A stretch of 64,000 bases of DNA from an uncultured Alphaproteobacteria bacterium (lineage in GTDB: Bacteria > Pseudomonadota > Alphaproteobacteria > RF32 > CAG-239), in NCBI GenBank assembly GCA_944391515.1, contig CALXTW010000007.1, positions 3,889-67,888 on the forward strand, given 5' to 3'. How positions within the stretch are numbered: position 1 is the stretch's first letter; the number at the start of each line of letters is the position of its first letter. The notes beneath the pieces are model-generated. The model did not search any database. It saw nothing but the letters and a program-made list of their open reading frames with translations, and had not been told where the DNA came from. Below are positions 1-10,414 of the stretch, piece by piece. The position numbers were made by a program, and so were the translations under genes.

Positions 1-3000
1 AGGTTGTTCATTCAGCACTTTTTCAGATTTTTCAATATCTTCAATATCTCGAACAATTGTTTTATTTTTACCCGCCGAATTAGAAATCTTACCAATATTT
101 TCTTGAACTTTTTTAGCTTGTTCGGCAGCCTTTACACGAGCTTGATAAGCTTGTTCTTCCAAGCTGACAGACTCTGAAGTATATTCTAACAAACGTTTGA
201 TATTATCATCTAAAATTTTAAGCTCTTTCTCAACTTTTCCTAAAGTAGATTTAACTTCATCCAAAAAGCTTTTTAACTTTTCGGTATCTCGCTCATCTTG
301 TTTGGTTAAATACTCTTTTCCTGTTTTGGAATTAGCTTCATCAATAAATAGCAAGTTGTTTTCAATATCTTGTTTCAACTGATTAACCAATTTATCCGTA
401 TCCAAATTATACTCAGTTTTTATTTTTGCCAAACGCTGAGGAAATTCAGCAAAATCATCTCTATAAGCATTAGCGGTTTCTTTTGAGAGATTATAAGTAT
501 CTCTAATCTTGTTATAAGCATCATTAATCTGAAACTTCAAATCACCAACATAAATTTGAACAATTTGCTTTTTCAAATTACCAACTTCCGTGTCATAAAT
601 ATCATTTCTCTTCGATAACGCCTGAGGTAACGTTTCATCAAATTCTTGAGTTAATCCGAGAGTAAAGATTTCATCAATACCGCTCGAAGTTTTATCTATT
701 TCTCCTTTCAAGGTCTTATATTGATTTTTTGCCTGTTCGCTGACAGCCGCAGGGCTCAACTTATCAAATTCGGCCACTACTTCCAAATCCAACATATTTT
801 TAATTTCTTTAGCACGTTGCTGTTGCAGTTCCATCAATTCTTTTAAGTGATCGATTCGAGCTTGCTCAGCAGCTTTTTTATCAGCCTCAACCTTAGCCCA
901 TTTTGCATCATATGTATCCGTAATCGGTTTAACATCAACTTTTAATTCCGGATTTGCCATATTACCGCTCAATCCAAAACTAAATTGAGGAATTTGCGTT
1001 AATTCAGGTAAAGAGACCTTAAAATCAGCCGACATATCCCAAGTTTCTAAATTGCTTTCATTAGACATATCAATACGTACATTGGGAGATTCAAATTTTG
1101 CCCCTTCAAATACGACTTTTCCCTGATTAAAATTCATACTTGCCTGAAAACGATCAAATACCGTTTCCCCAGTTTGCAAATTGCTTGTAGCAAAATTAAC
1201 CAACCCATCGGAACGATCTCTGGTTTTCAAATCTTCTTGAATTTTTGCAAAATTCCACCCTTTTATCACCGGTCGTTGTACGGACAGATTAACAATTCCC
1301 TTAGTTCCCATAAACATCTCTTCCAAAGAGGATGCCGACATTACAAGCCCTCCGTCCAAATTCATTCGACCTGATGTCAAGCCATACTTTTCACCTCGCC
1401 AATAAATATCAATATTTTGGTCTGAAATTTTAAAATTCAGGTTAAGTTCAGGCTTTTGAGCCAAAACAAGACTTGCATTACCTTCAACTTTTCCATCATT
1501 GAGCATTGCACTAAAATTGCTAATCTCCAACTTATCCTCTTTCAGATTAGCTGAAAATTGAGCATTTTTGAAAGCATATTTATCATGAATCAAATCATCG
1601 ATTACAAACTTTCCAGACAGATTAAATGTCTTGTAAAAATCATAATTCAATCTAGTCTTATCTAACATTGGTTTGCTCAAAAATTGAGCTTGTTTATCAC
1701 TATCCGAGCGCATTACCATAACAGGACTATCTTTTTTAGAATTATTTCCAGCATTATAGAAAAACCGACTTGGCTCAAAACGAGAAATCTTCAAATCCGT
1801 CACAATATTTGGTTTATCACTATTTTTATCTACCCAAATCATACCTTTGATATTATTGGCACCAATAAAAGCATCCGTATCACTTAATTTAAAGATACCA
1901 CCATTTTTAGCCAACTTAGCATTCAAGCTAAAGAGCCCCAAAGCATAACTTTTAGGCTGATAATTAAAATTAAGCACATTTACAAATTTCACAAAATCAG
2001 GAGCCTTAAATTGAATATTACCATCTAAAAAAGCCCCCTTATCATTTTGGCTGACCTGTCCGGTATAAGTCACATCCCAGTTACCCAATTTTGAAACCGT
2101 CTTCATCGCCGCACGATCAAAGCTTCCAGTTACAATACCCTGAGAAGTAAAGTTTTGCAGTTCTTTCAAATTGATATTTGGTTTTGGCAAATCAAACTTT
2201 GTCAAAAAGGCTTCAAAATTTTGCGTGCTGACGTCATACTTCAAATTTTCGACTTTAGGAGCATTACCAAATCCCGAAACTTCTCCCTCAAAAGAAAGTT
2301 TGGCATTTCCGACATTTCCGATATTAAGTTGATTAATTTTCATCACGCCTTGTGAGAGCTTAAAATTCAACATAGTGTTTTCAAAAGGAACATTTTCATA
2401 AATTCCCAAATCCAAACCACCTCTAAAATCAACATCCCAATTATTTAGTTCTGCTAACTTCGAAAAACGATATGTCATCTTTTCTTTAGCGGACTTTTCA
2501 AGATATTCTTCAGGCAAACCTTTAATATAATTATCAAAATTAATACTATCGGAATTAAGAGCCATATAAACCTGCGGACGCTCCCCGCGAATAATTCCTA
2601 CTTCACCGGATACAACGGTTTTATCGAGTGTCAGTTCCAAAGGGGAAATTTTAATATTCTTCAAACTTCCGGCCACGCTGGTTTTTACTTCAGCCCTACG
2701 ATAAGTAGAAGGAGCCACGGGTTGAATCTCATACCCCAACCATGCGGCAAATTTTTGCAAATCATTAGCCGAAAGCTCTGTCTTCAAGTTATATGTGAGC
2801 TTTTCTTCAGATGAAAAGACATCACCGCTCAACTTTAACTTTGTTTCACCGGGCAAAACCCCGCTCAATTCACGAATATCAAAACTGTTTTCAATAAAAT
2901 CTACACTCAAAACAAAATCTTTAATATTTTGCCCATTATAAGTGGTTTTAATAGATTTCAAATCAGCCAAGACGTCAAAATCAAACATTGGTTGATACAC

Positions 3001-4065
3001 ACTTTCTTCTTGACTTTGTTGTTTCAAACCTTTCTTCAACAAAGCCACCCAAGGTGTTAAATCCAAATCTGTCATATTAAATGCGGTTTCGATTTCGCGG
3101 TGTTCAACAGGTCGATTCTCATCAATGATAAATTCGTCTTCAAACAACGGAATTAAAATATTTCCGGCACCGGCAGACTGCCCAAATTTCACCACAATAT
3201 TAGACATACTGATACGAGATTTATTAGTATCGAGTTCTAAAGACAAAGCCAAAGGATAATCCAAATTTTCATCTAAGACTTGGTTTGGCAGGGTTGAATC
3301 AAAAAATTCTTTAAATTTCTGAGATTCAATAATCAAGTTACCGTTCACAGCACTGTTTTTAAGCAAAACAGTACCATCAAATCGCAAATAAGATTGAGAA
3401 GCCGGCTGATTCAACACAAAATTCACCGAAGTTGCAAAACTCTCAGAAAATTGCCCTAAAGAAATAGCAAACCCTTCAGGATTTTTACCCTTAACATAAC
3501 TCCCCTCAATACGATACGGACCAAACACACTCTCTGCAATCACTTCACCATTCAAATTATCCAGATGCGTATCAATACCATGCTTTGTATCTGTAAAATT
3601 GACTTTTGCTTTTTCGATTAATACGCTATCTAAAGAAATTTTAATATCTTCTAAACTTTGTTTTTGAGTTTCGGTTAAAGGGGTTTGCCAATTAAGTTTT
3701 CCATCAGCCTCAACATTAAACCACATTTCCGGTTCAATCAAAGACATCATCACCACTTCAAAATCACCACTCAACAACGGACGCAAAGATAAATTAGCCT
3801 CCAAACTTTTAATAGTTGCCAAAGGCTTATCTTTAATGGTCTGACCTTGATTAAATACTTTAATATTTTTTGCTGTCAGTTTCGGAGAAGGTAACAAATT
3901 AAAACTGACCGGACCGGCAAAAACAACTTTTTTTCCGGTAATATTATTAAATTGCTCAGCTATTTTATCTTTGTGCTGATTCCAGTCGATTGTAGAAATA
4001 TATACGGATACTCCGCCCACGGCTAGAATAATGACAGCCCCAAGAATCAACCAAATTTTCTTCAC
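1..4065 (-). CDS. AsmA-family outer-membrane biogenesis/lipid-transport-like protein, partial (C-terminus beyond the left edge), with a long coiled-coil-like C-terminal region
   Basis: Absent from the ORF track because it has no stop in the window and a GTG start at 4063-4065 preceded by GAGGGGA. My minus-strand translation gives VKKIWLILGAVIILAVGGVSVYISTIDWNQHKDKIAEQFNNITGKKVVFAGPVSFNLLPSPKLTAKNIKVFN..., the typical AsmA N-terminus. I read the frame codon by codon to position 1 (1355 codons) without a stop. The last ~270 codons are K/E/Q/D-rich and heptad-like. Confidence 0.85.
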   Translation of the reverse strand, partial: MKKIWLILGAVIILAVGGVSVYISTIDWNQHKDKIAEQFNNITGKKVVFAGPVSFNLLPSPKLTAKNIKVFNQGQTIKDKPLATIKSLEANLSLRPLLSGDFEVVMMSLIEPEMWFNVEADGKLNWQTPLTETQKQSLEDIKISLDSVLIEKAKVNFTDTKHGIDTHLDNLNGEVIAESVFGPYRIEGSYVKGKNPEGFAISLGQFSESFATSVNFVLNQPASQSYLRFDGTVLLKNSAVNGNLIIESQKFKEFFDSTLPNQVLDENLDYPLALSLELDTNKSRISMSNIVVKFGQSAGAGNILIPLFEDEFIIDENRPVEHREIETAFNMTDLDLTPWVALLKKGLKQQSQEESVYQPMFDFDVLADLKSIKTTYNGQNIKDFVLSVDFIENSFDIRELSGVLPGETKLKLSGDVFSSEEKLTYNLKTELSANDLQKFAAWLGYEIQPVAPSTYRRAEVKTSVAGSLKNIKISPLELTLDKTVVSGEVGIIRGERPQVYMALNSDSINFDNYIKGLPEEYLEKSAKEKMTYRFSKLAELNNWDVDFRGGLDLGIYENVPFENTMLNFKLSQGVMKINQLNIGNVGNAKLSFEGEVSGFGNAPKVENLKYDVSTQNFEAFLTKFDLPKPNINLKELQNFTSQGIVTGSFDRAAMKTVSKLGNWDVTYTGQVSQNDKGAFLDGNIQFKAPDFVKFVNVLNFNYQPKSYALGLFSLNAKLAKNGGIFKLSDTDAFIGANNIKGMIWVDKNSDKPNIVTDLKISRFEPSRFFYNAGNNSKKDSPVMVMRSDSDKQAQFLSKPMLDKTRLNYDFYKTFNLSGKFVIDDLIHDKYAFKNAQFSANLKEDKLEISNFSAMLNDGKVEGNASLVLAQKPELNLNFKISDQNIDIYWRGEKYGLTSGRMNLDGGLVMSASSLEEMFMGTKGIVNLSVQRPVIKGWNFAKIQEDLKTRDRSDGLVNFATSNLQTGETVFDRFQASMNFNQGKVVFEGAKFESPNVRIDMSNESNLETWDMSADFKVSLPELTQIPQFSFGLSGNMANPELKVDVKPITDTYDAKWAKVEADKKAAEQARIDHLKELMELQQQRAKEIKNMLDLEVVAEFDKLSPAAVSEQAKNQYKTLKGEIDKTSSGIDEIFTLGLTQEFDETLPQALSKRNDIYDTEVGNLKKQIVQIYVGDLKFQINDAYNKIRDTYNLSKETANAYRDDFAEFPQRLAKIKTEYNLDTDKLVNQLKQDIENNLLFIDEANSKTGKEYLTKQDERDTEKLKSFLDEVKSTLGKVEKELKILDDNIKRLLEYTSESVSLEEQAYQARVKAAEQAKKVQENIGKISNSAGKNKTIVRDIEDIEKSEKVLNEQP

Positions 4066-4178
4066 GTTTATTCCCCTCGAAAAATGTGAACAGATAAAAT
4101 AATCTTTGCTAAATTTTTATAATATTTGCTATTATACGCACATAATCATTAATAAAACTTTTAAGGAATTTTTGCAAG

Positions 4179-4580
4179 ATGGAAGAACCCAAAGATTTAT
4201 ACCACCAAGCGCGAGAAACAAGGGAACGCGCCTACGCCCCTTATTCTGGTTTCAAAGTCGGCGCAGCTATTTTAAGCACGAGCAAAAAAATTTATACCGG
4301 ATGCAATGTTGAAAACATCTCATATCCCTGCGGCACCTGTGCCGAAGCTGGAGCCATTGCGGCCATGATTGCCGGCGGAGATAAAGAAATACAAGAAATT
4401 TTGATTATTGCCGATAGCTCTCCACTCATTTTGCCTTGCGGTGCTTGCCTACAAAGAATAGCTGAATTTGCCACCCCCGACACACGCATCCATTTAGCAG
4501 ATATGGAAGGCATAAAACAAACGCTTCCATTATCAAAAATTTTCCCTGCCACTTTTACAGCCAAGGAGCTTTTGAAATGA
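4179..4580 (+). CDS. cdd: cytidine deaminase
   Basis: 133 aa with the zinc motifs C(A)E...PCGACLQ and YAPYSGFKVGAA. It overlaps the next gene by ATGA. Confidence 0.93.
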   Translation: MEEPKDLYHQARETRERAYAPYSGFKVGAAILSTSKKIYTGCNVENISYPCGTCAEAGAIAAMIAGGDKEIQEILIIADSSPLILPCGACLQRIAEFATPDTRIHLADMEGIKQTLPLSKIFPATFTAKELLK

Positions 4581-5392
4581 TGCACCAAATCGCCGCCCAA
4601 ATTCGCACTCGCATAGGCAGCTTACACCCGCAAATAGCTCTAATTTTAGGCTCTGGCTTAGGTTCTCTTGCTGATTCGATTCAAGATGCCGTCACAATCA
4701 ATTACACTGACATTAACGGCTTTCCGCGCAGCACCGTCCAGGGTCACGGCGGACGTCTTATTGTCGGACGTCTCGCCGGACAAGAAGTTTTGTGCATGCA
4801 AGGACGCTTTCACTTATATGAAGGCTACCCTCCGCAAATCATTAATACCATTATTAAAGCCTTTCAGCTACTGGGAATAAAAAGTTTAATTGTCACCAAC
4901 GCCGCCGGCTCTTTAAGAAAAAAAATTGCTCCCGGAGATTTGATGCTAATCACCGATCACATCAACTTAAGCGGCACCAATCCATTAATAGGTCCCAATG
5001 ATGAGCGTTTCGGTCCTCGTTTTCCGGGGTTATCTGATGCCTACACGCTTGAATATCAAAAAAAGGCTCTCTCTGTTGCAAAATCCCTAAAAATCAAACT
5101 CAAACAAGGTGTTTATTTGTGGACATTAGGGCCGACCTTTGAAACCAAAGCCGAGATTAAAATGTTTCAAACATTAGGTGCCGACGCTGTTGGAATGTCC
5201 ACCGTTCCTGAAGTAATATGCGCCGTGCATTCGGGAATGAAAGTATTGGGCGTTTCCGTCATTACCAATTACGGAACCGGTCTGCAAAAAATCTCCCCCA
5301 GCCATGAAGAAACTCTGGCCGAAGGAGAAAAAGCCGCCCAAAATTTAAGCCGCTTAATAACTGCCTTCATCAAGGAGATGAATAATGGATGA
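4577..5392 (+). CDS. punA: purine nucleoside phosphorylase (trimeric PNP/PunA family)
   Basis: 271 aa with GSGLG...GFP..TV.GH.G.L..G...G......QGRFH.YEG and MSTVPE motifs. Confidence 0.9.
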   Translation: MMHQIAAQIRTRIGSLHPQIALILGSGLGSLADSIQDAVTINYTDINGFPRSTVQGHGGRLIVGRLAGQEVLCMQGRFHLYEGYPPQIINTIIKAFQLLGIKSLIVTNAAGSLRKKIAPGDLMLITDHINLSGTNPLIGPNDERFGPRFPGLSDAYTLEYQKKALSVAKSLKIKLKQGVYLWTLGPTFETKAEIKMFQTLGADAVGMSTVPEVICAVHSGMKVLGVSVITNYGTGLQKISPSHEETLAEGEKAAQNLSRLITAFIKEMNNG

Positions 5393-6119
5393 TGTTACCG
5401 CTGCCAAAATTTTAATCAGTTGTCTGGACTTAACCTCTCTTGGCGACCATGACAGCGAATATCAAGTAGAGACCCTCTGCGAAAAAGCAGATACCCAATA
5501 CGGAACCGTAGCTGCCGTTTGTATTTGGCCCAAGTTTATTTCTTTAGCCAAACAAAAGCTCAAAGATTCTCCTGTCAAAATTGCCACTGTGGTTAACTTT
5601 CCACAAGGCTCATCTGATTTCAAAAAACTTAAAAACGAAATCACTCAAGCTCTTAAAAGCGGAGCAGATGAAATAGACGCTGTTTTTCCGTATAATGATT
5701 TTTTACAAGGCAATCTAAAGAACTGCGACGAATTTCTCAAAATCACAACAGACTTATGTGGGGAACACACCTCTAAAATAATTTTAGAAACGGGAGCCCT
5801 TAAAACCGCCTCAAAAATTTCACAAGCAACTGAGCTTTGCCTTAAACAAGGCGTTGGCTTCATCAAAACCTCCACCGGAAAAACTGAAATTTCAGCCACT
5901 CCGGAGGCCGCCAATGCTATTTTAGAAACGATAGCCACCTCTCGCCGCAAAGCCGGTTTTAAAGCCAGTGGCGGCATCAAGACCATAGAAGATGCAAAAA
6001 AATATCTGGTTTTAACCCAAACCATTTTAGGCAATCCGTGGATTAATCCCGAAAGATTTCGCATTGGTGCCAGCTCACTACTCGATAATTTAATTCAAAC
6101 CATTAAACAAGGATACTAA
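5385..6119 (+). CDS. deoC: deoxyribose-phosphate aldolase
   Basis: 244 aa, long DeoC type (IKTSTGK Schiff-base lysine region, FKASGGI). It overlaps punA by 8 nt. Confidence 0.9.
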   Translation: MDDVTAAKILISCLDLTSLGDHDSEYQVETLCEKADTQYGTVAAVCIWPKFISLAKQKLKDSPVKIATVVNFPQGSSDFKKLKNEITQALKSGADEIDAVFPYNDFLQGNLKNCDEFLKITTDLCGEHTSKIILETGALKTASKISQATELCLKQGVGFIKTSTGKTEISATPEAANAILETIATSRRKAGFKASGGIKTIEDAKKYLVLTQTILGNPWINPERFRIGASSLLDNLIQTIKQGY

Positions 6120-6120
6120 C

Positions 6121-7431
6121 ATGCTCCCTCAAGAAATCATCCGCCAAAAACGCGATGGCAAAAAGCTCTCTCAATCTGAAATTTCCGAATTTATCCAAGG
6201 AGTAACTGACGGCTCGATTATGGATGCCCAAACTGCAGCTCTCACCATGGCCATATTTTTAAAAGGCATGGATGCAGAAGAAACCGCAGCTCTCACACTT
6301 GCCATGAGAGATTCGGGAGATGTTATGCAATGGCATGGGTTTGATAAACCAATTGTAGATAAGCATTCTTCAGGTGGCGTCGGCGATAAGGTCAGCCTAA
6401 TGTTAGCCCCTTTACTTGCTTGTTGTGATGTTTATGTCCCGATGATTTCCGGTCGTGGCTTGGGTCACACCGGTGGCACATTAGATAAATTTGATTCCAT
6501 TCCCGGCTACCAAACTTCTCCCTCAAATGAAAAATTTCGCCAAACCGTCAAAGAAGTAGGCTGTGCCATCATCGGCCAAACTGGCAATCTGGCACCGGCC
6601 GACAAAAAAATCTATGCCATCCGTGACGTTTGCGGTACGGTTGAATCTGTTGAACTGATAACCGCCTCGATTCTCTCCAAGAAATTAGCTGCCGGATTAG
6701 AATATCTGGTAATGGATTTGAAATGCGGCAACGGTGCTTTTATGAGTAATCTTGAAGATGCCAGAAAATTAGCCCGCTCAATCGTTTCGGTTGCCAATAC
6801 CGCCGGCACCAAAACCTCTGCACTTCTCACCGATATGAATCAAGTTTTGGGTCACACGGTCGGTAATGCCCTAGAAGTTAAAGAAGCTGTTGAATTTTTG
6901 CAAAACAAAAACCCTGACCCGAGATTAGCAGAAATCACTTTAGCACTTTGTGCCGAATTATTGGTCAATACCAAGCAGGCTCAAGACATTTCCTCCGCTC
7001 GAACCAAACTTGAAAAAGCATGGCTTTCCGGCGCCGCACTTGAAAAATTTGCTCAAATGGTTTCATCTCTCGGTGGTCCCAAAGACTTCTGCAACAAATA
7101 CGATTCTTATCTGCCGCAAGCCGCCATCATCAAACCGGTATTTGCCCAAACTACCGGCTATGTTGCTTCAATGCATACCCGTGATATTGGCCTGAGCTTA
7201 ATCAAGCTCAAAGGCGGACGCACCCGCAGTGACCAAAAGTTAGACTTTGCAACCGGCTTTAGCAATTTCTGCCAAATTGGTGATAAGGTCGAGCCAGATA
7301 CGCCTCTGGCTTATATTCATGCCCAAACCCAAGCCGAATGGGAACAAGCAGCAGAAGACATCCAACAAGCAATACGGATAGAAGCGTGCAAGCCCCACCT
7401 TACCCCCGAAATCATAGAGAAAATTTCATAA
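6121..7431 (+). CDS. deoA: thymidine phosphorylase
   Basis: 436 aa with IIRQKRDG..LS..EI..F, DKHSSGGVGDK and GRGLGHTGGTLDK motifs. Confidence 0.95.
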   Translation: MLPQEIIRQKRDGKKLSQSEISEFIQGVTDGSIMDAQTAALTMAIFLKGMDAEETAALTLAMRDSGDVMQWHGFDKPIVDKHSSGGVGDKVSLMLAPLLACCDVYVPMISGRGLGHTGGTLDKFDSIPGYQTSPSNEKFRQTVKEVGCAIIGQTGNLAPADKKIYAIRDVCGTVESVELITASILSKKLAAGLEYLVMDLKCGNGAFMSNLEDARKLARSIVSVANTAGTKTSALLTDMNQVLGHTVGNALEVKEAVEFLQNKNPDPRLAEITLALCAELLVNTKQAQDISSARTKLEKAWLSGAALEKFAQMVSSLGGPKDFCNKYDSYLPQAAIIKPVFAQTTGYVASMHTRDIGLSLIKLKGGRTRSDQKLDFATGFSNFCQIGDKVEPDTPLAYIHAQTQAEWEQAAEDIQQAIRIEACKPHLTPEIIEKIS

Positions 7432-7443
7432 TTTATCTCCCAA

Positions 7444-7469
7444 AGTCCAGCAATCGCTGGACTTTTTTT
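7444..7469 (+). terminator. rho-independent terminator after deoA
   Basis: AGTCCAGC-aatc-GCTGGACT hairpin followed by a T7 run. Confidence 0.8.
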
Positions 7470-7567
7470 AATTTTTCCCAACATCTACAATCATAGTATT
7501 TACAAACAATATTATTTATTATAAATTGCAGTTCCTTAAAACATCAACTAAAAATCGATAACCTGAA

Positions 7568-9166
7568 ATGCAAAATATTTTTCATCCTTCTTCAACCATA
7601 AAATATTGGCTCACCTTATACATTTATATTTTGTTTCCAATTTTAACTCCCCGTCTGATTGAAGGCGATAGTCATATTACCAAACGCATTATCTACAATA
7701 TGATAGCCGCATTAGGAATATGCTTTCCTTTTTCATTATTATCCCAACGTTTTCATAAAGGATTAATGTTGCTCTTTTTGTCTTTTTACCTTTTATCTTG
7801 GATAGAAATATGCCATTTACATTTATTTGACTACAAACTACTTCTTTTTTCCATTCAAATAATTTTAGATTCCAATGTCGCTGAAACAAAAGAATTTATA
7901 TATAACACGTTTGATTCCTATATTTTAAGTATAAGTGTAATCTTCTTATGTACTATTCTATTCTGCTGGTATTACACCTCAAAACTTCATATTACAACAA
8001 AGGCCAAGAATTCTTTCATTTTAATTACCTTGATAGCATTAATATTTTCTATAAATAAGGGCTTCCATTCAACGATTTTCAATCGCTATCAACTTCTTCC
8101 TTATCGATTTATAAACTCAGCTTATAATTACTATAAAGATAAATATGAATTAATAAAACTCCAAGAGGAACACAAAATTCCACATTTTACCAACCTAGAA
8201 TCTTCAAATTCACCAACAAAAAAAGAAACCTATATTGTCATAATTGGCGAATCAGCCGACCGTAACCACCTTGGTTATTACGGCTATAATCGACCAACCA
8301 CACCTTTTAGCAGCCAAGACTTACAGCCTATTGTTTTTAAAAACATTACAACACCACATACATCAACCCTTTTAGCATTAAGGGATGTACTAACCTTTAG
8401 TCACAAAGAACAGGTAAAAGAAGGGATAAGACAAGGCTCCATCATAAATATTTTCAATCAAGCAGGTTTCAAAAGTTTTTGGCTTTCCAATCAATATTCA
8501 CAAGGAAAATATGACAATTTAACCAGCGTCATTGCACACGATTCTTCCGTAACAAACTTTATAAATGATAAAGCCAATTATATTATCCGCAATAACACAG
8601 ATAGCCATTTTGATGAAGCTTTATTACCTGAATTAGATAAAGCACTTCAAGACAACGCCCTCAAAAAAATAATTTTTTTACATTTAGCCGGAAGTCACAC
8701 TCATTATGGTTTTCGCTTTCCAAAATCTTTTGATTTTTTTCAAGAATATAATAAAAATTCTTTTGAAAAAGCATTTGATGATTACGACAACAGTATTCGT
8801 TATACAGACTACGTTTTATCTCAAATTGTCAAAAGGATAAAGAAAAGACAAGAGCAAAGCTTTGTTTTATATTTTAGCGATCATGGAGATGATGTTTCTT
8901 TAGATCCTCAAAGTTGTCATTGTCACACAACAAATCCAAAAAAACAAACACCTCCAATGTATGAAATTCCATTTTTATTATGGGTTAATTCAACCTATCA
9001 AAAAAACAATCCTCAGTTAGTTAAACAAATAAAAAGCTACACCGAGCGCCGATTTATTACTCACCACCTAATTCACTCTTTGCCCACCTTAGCCGGATTG
9101 AGTTTTGATTTACAAGAAAATGATAAAAATCTCTTTTCACCTTCCTTTATCCCTGAAAAAGAGTGA
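7568..9166 (+). CDS. phosphoethanolamine-transferase-family membrane protein (sulfatase/alkaline-phosphatase superfamily, EptB/YhbX-like)
   Basis: 532 aa with a polytopic N-terminus followed by IIGESADRNHLGYYGYNRPTTP, HLAGSH..Y and YFSDHGD motifs. The gene is visibly more AT-rich than its deo neighbours. Confidence 0.8.
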   Translation: MQNIFHPSSTIKYWLTLYIYILFPILTPRLIEGDSHITKRIIYNMIAALGICFPFSLLSQRFHKGLMLLFLSFYLLSWIEICHLHLFDYKLLLFSIQIILDSNVAETKEFIYNTFDSYILSISVIFLCTILFCWYYTSKLHITTKAKNSFILITLIALIFSINKGFHSTIFNRYQLLPYRFINSAYNYYKDKYELIKLQEEHKIPHFTNLESSNSPTKKETYIVIIGESADRNHLGYYGYNRPTTPFSSQDLQPIVFKNITTPHTSTLLALRDVLTFSHKEQVKEGIRQGSIINIFNQAGFKSFWLSNQYSQGKYDNLTSVIAHDSSVTNFINDKANYIIRNNTDSHFDEALLPELDKALQDNALKKIIFLHLAGSHTHYGFRFPKSFDFFQEYNKNSFEKAFDDYDNSIRYTDYVLSQIVKRIKKRQEQSFVLYFSDHGDDVSLDPQSCHCHTTNPKKQTPPMYEIPFLLWVNSTYQKNNPQLVKQIKSYTERRFITHHLIHSLPTLAGLSFDLQENDKNLFSPSFIPEKE

Positions 9167-9169
9167 GGC

Positions 9170-9197
9170 TTGACATCCTCCGTCCAATCTTTATGAT
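9170..9197 (+). promoter_or_regulatory. candidate sigma70-type promoter for deoB
   Basis: TTGACA, a 16-nt spacer, then TATGAT. It is followed by SD AAGGAGG and the ATG at 9221. Confidence 0.4.
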
Positions 9198-9220
9198 AAA
9201 TAACTATCAAGGAGGAAACA

Positions 9221-10414
9221 ATGACCAGAGCTCTTATATTTATGATGGATTCGTTTGGGATAGGCGGCGCCCCTGATGCCAAATCTTTTGGCGATGAGGG
9301 AGCTAACACCTTTGGGCATATTGCTCAAACTTTTCCCCACCTCAATATTCCAAACTTACTCTCGCTTGGGCTAGATAAAGCAGCTTTTGCGGCCTCAAGC
9401 CTCAAAACAGAGCTCAAACCATCGTCTCCGGCTCGCCTCAATCTTCCTTCGGCTTATGGTCACATGAAAGAAATCAGTAAGGACAAAGACACCGTTTCCG
9501 GCCATTGGGAATTAGCAGGCCTTCCCAATCTGCAAGGTTGGGGACATTTCAAACCTGACTATCCGTCTTTTCCGCAAGCCCTGATTGACAACATCTGTCG
9601 TGAGGCAAATTTAAGCGGAATTTTAGGAAACATTGCCGCCTCCGGAACGGTCATTATTCAAGAGCTGGGTGAAGAGCACATCCGTTCAAATCAACCGATA
9701 TGCTACACCTCAGCCGACAGTTGTTTTCAGATTGCCGCTCACGAAAAATATTTCGGGCTTGAAAGATTGTATCAAGTTTGTGAGATAGCCTATAAATATG
9801 TTCAAGCATATCGCATCGGCCGCGTAATCGCACGCCCGTTTATTGGCGAAAGATCTGGTGAATTTACCCGCACCACCAACCGTAAAGACTATGCCGCCCA
9901 ACCTTTTGGGAAAACTTTGCTTGATTGCTTAAAGGAGCAAGGAAAGCACGTCTATGCCATTGGCGCAATTAATGATATTTTTGCCCATCGCGGCATAACC
10001 AACCCCATCCATGCGGCTGAATTACCCCACCTATGGGATGCCACCATCAAAGCCATGCAGGAAGCACCCGAAGACAGCCTGATTTTCACCAATTTTGAAG
10101 ACTTTGATATGCTCTACGGACACCGCCGCAATCCTCAAGGCTACGCTCAGGCATTGGAATATTTTGACTCACGCCTGCCAGATATTTTGCCTCATTTAAG
10201 GGAAAATGACGTATGTTTTATCACCGCTGACCACGGCAATGACCCAACTTTCAAAGGCACGGACCACACGCGCGAGCAAGTACCCATCTTGTGCTTTGGC
10301 AAAAACATTACGCCCCAAGATTTAGGACAAAGAGCAACTTACGCCGACTTAGGACAAACCGTGGCTGATTATTTGCAAATTGCACCGCTTACCTTTGGAA
10401 CAAGTTTCAAATGA
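9221..10414 (+). CDS. deoB: phosphopentomutase
   Basis: 397 aa with MDSFGIGGAPDA, SGHWE and TADHGNDPT motifs. Confidence 0.95.
   Translation: MTRALIFMMDSFGIGGAPDAKSFGDEGANTFGHIAQTFPHLNIPNLLSLGLDKAAFAASSLKTELKPSSPARLNLPSAYGHMKEISKDKDTVSGHWELAGLPNLQGWGHFKPDYPSFPQALIDNICREANLSGILGNIAASGTVIIQELGEEHIRSNQPICYTSADSCFQIAAHEKYFGLERLYQVCEIAYKYVQAYRIGRVIARPFIGERSGEFTRTTNRKDYAAQPFGKTLLDCLKEQGKHVYAIGAINDIFAHRGITNPIHAAELPHLWDATIKAMQEAPEDSLIFTNFEDFDMLYGHRRNPQGYAQALEYFDSRLPDILPHLRENDVCFITADHGNDPTFKGTDHTREQVPILCFGKNITPQDLGQRATYADLGQTVADYLQIAPLTFGTSFK

Noticed and set aside
4292-6064. Minus-strand ORFs of 102 and 139 aa inside cdd/punA and deoC.
   Set aside because: They are antisense to confidently identified deo genes and have shadow-ORF composition.
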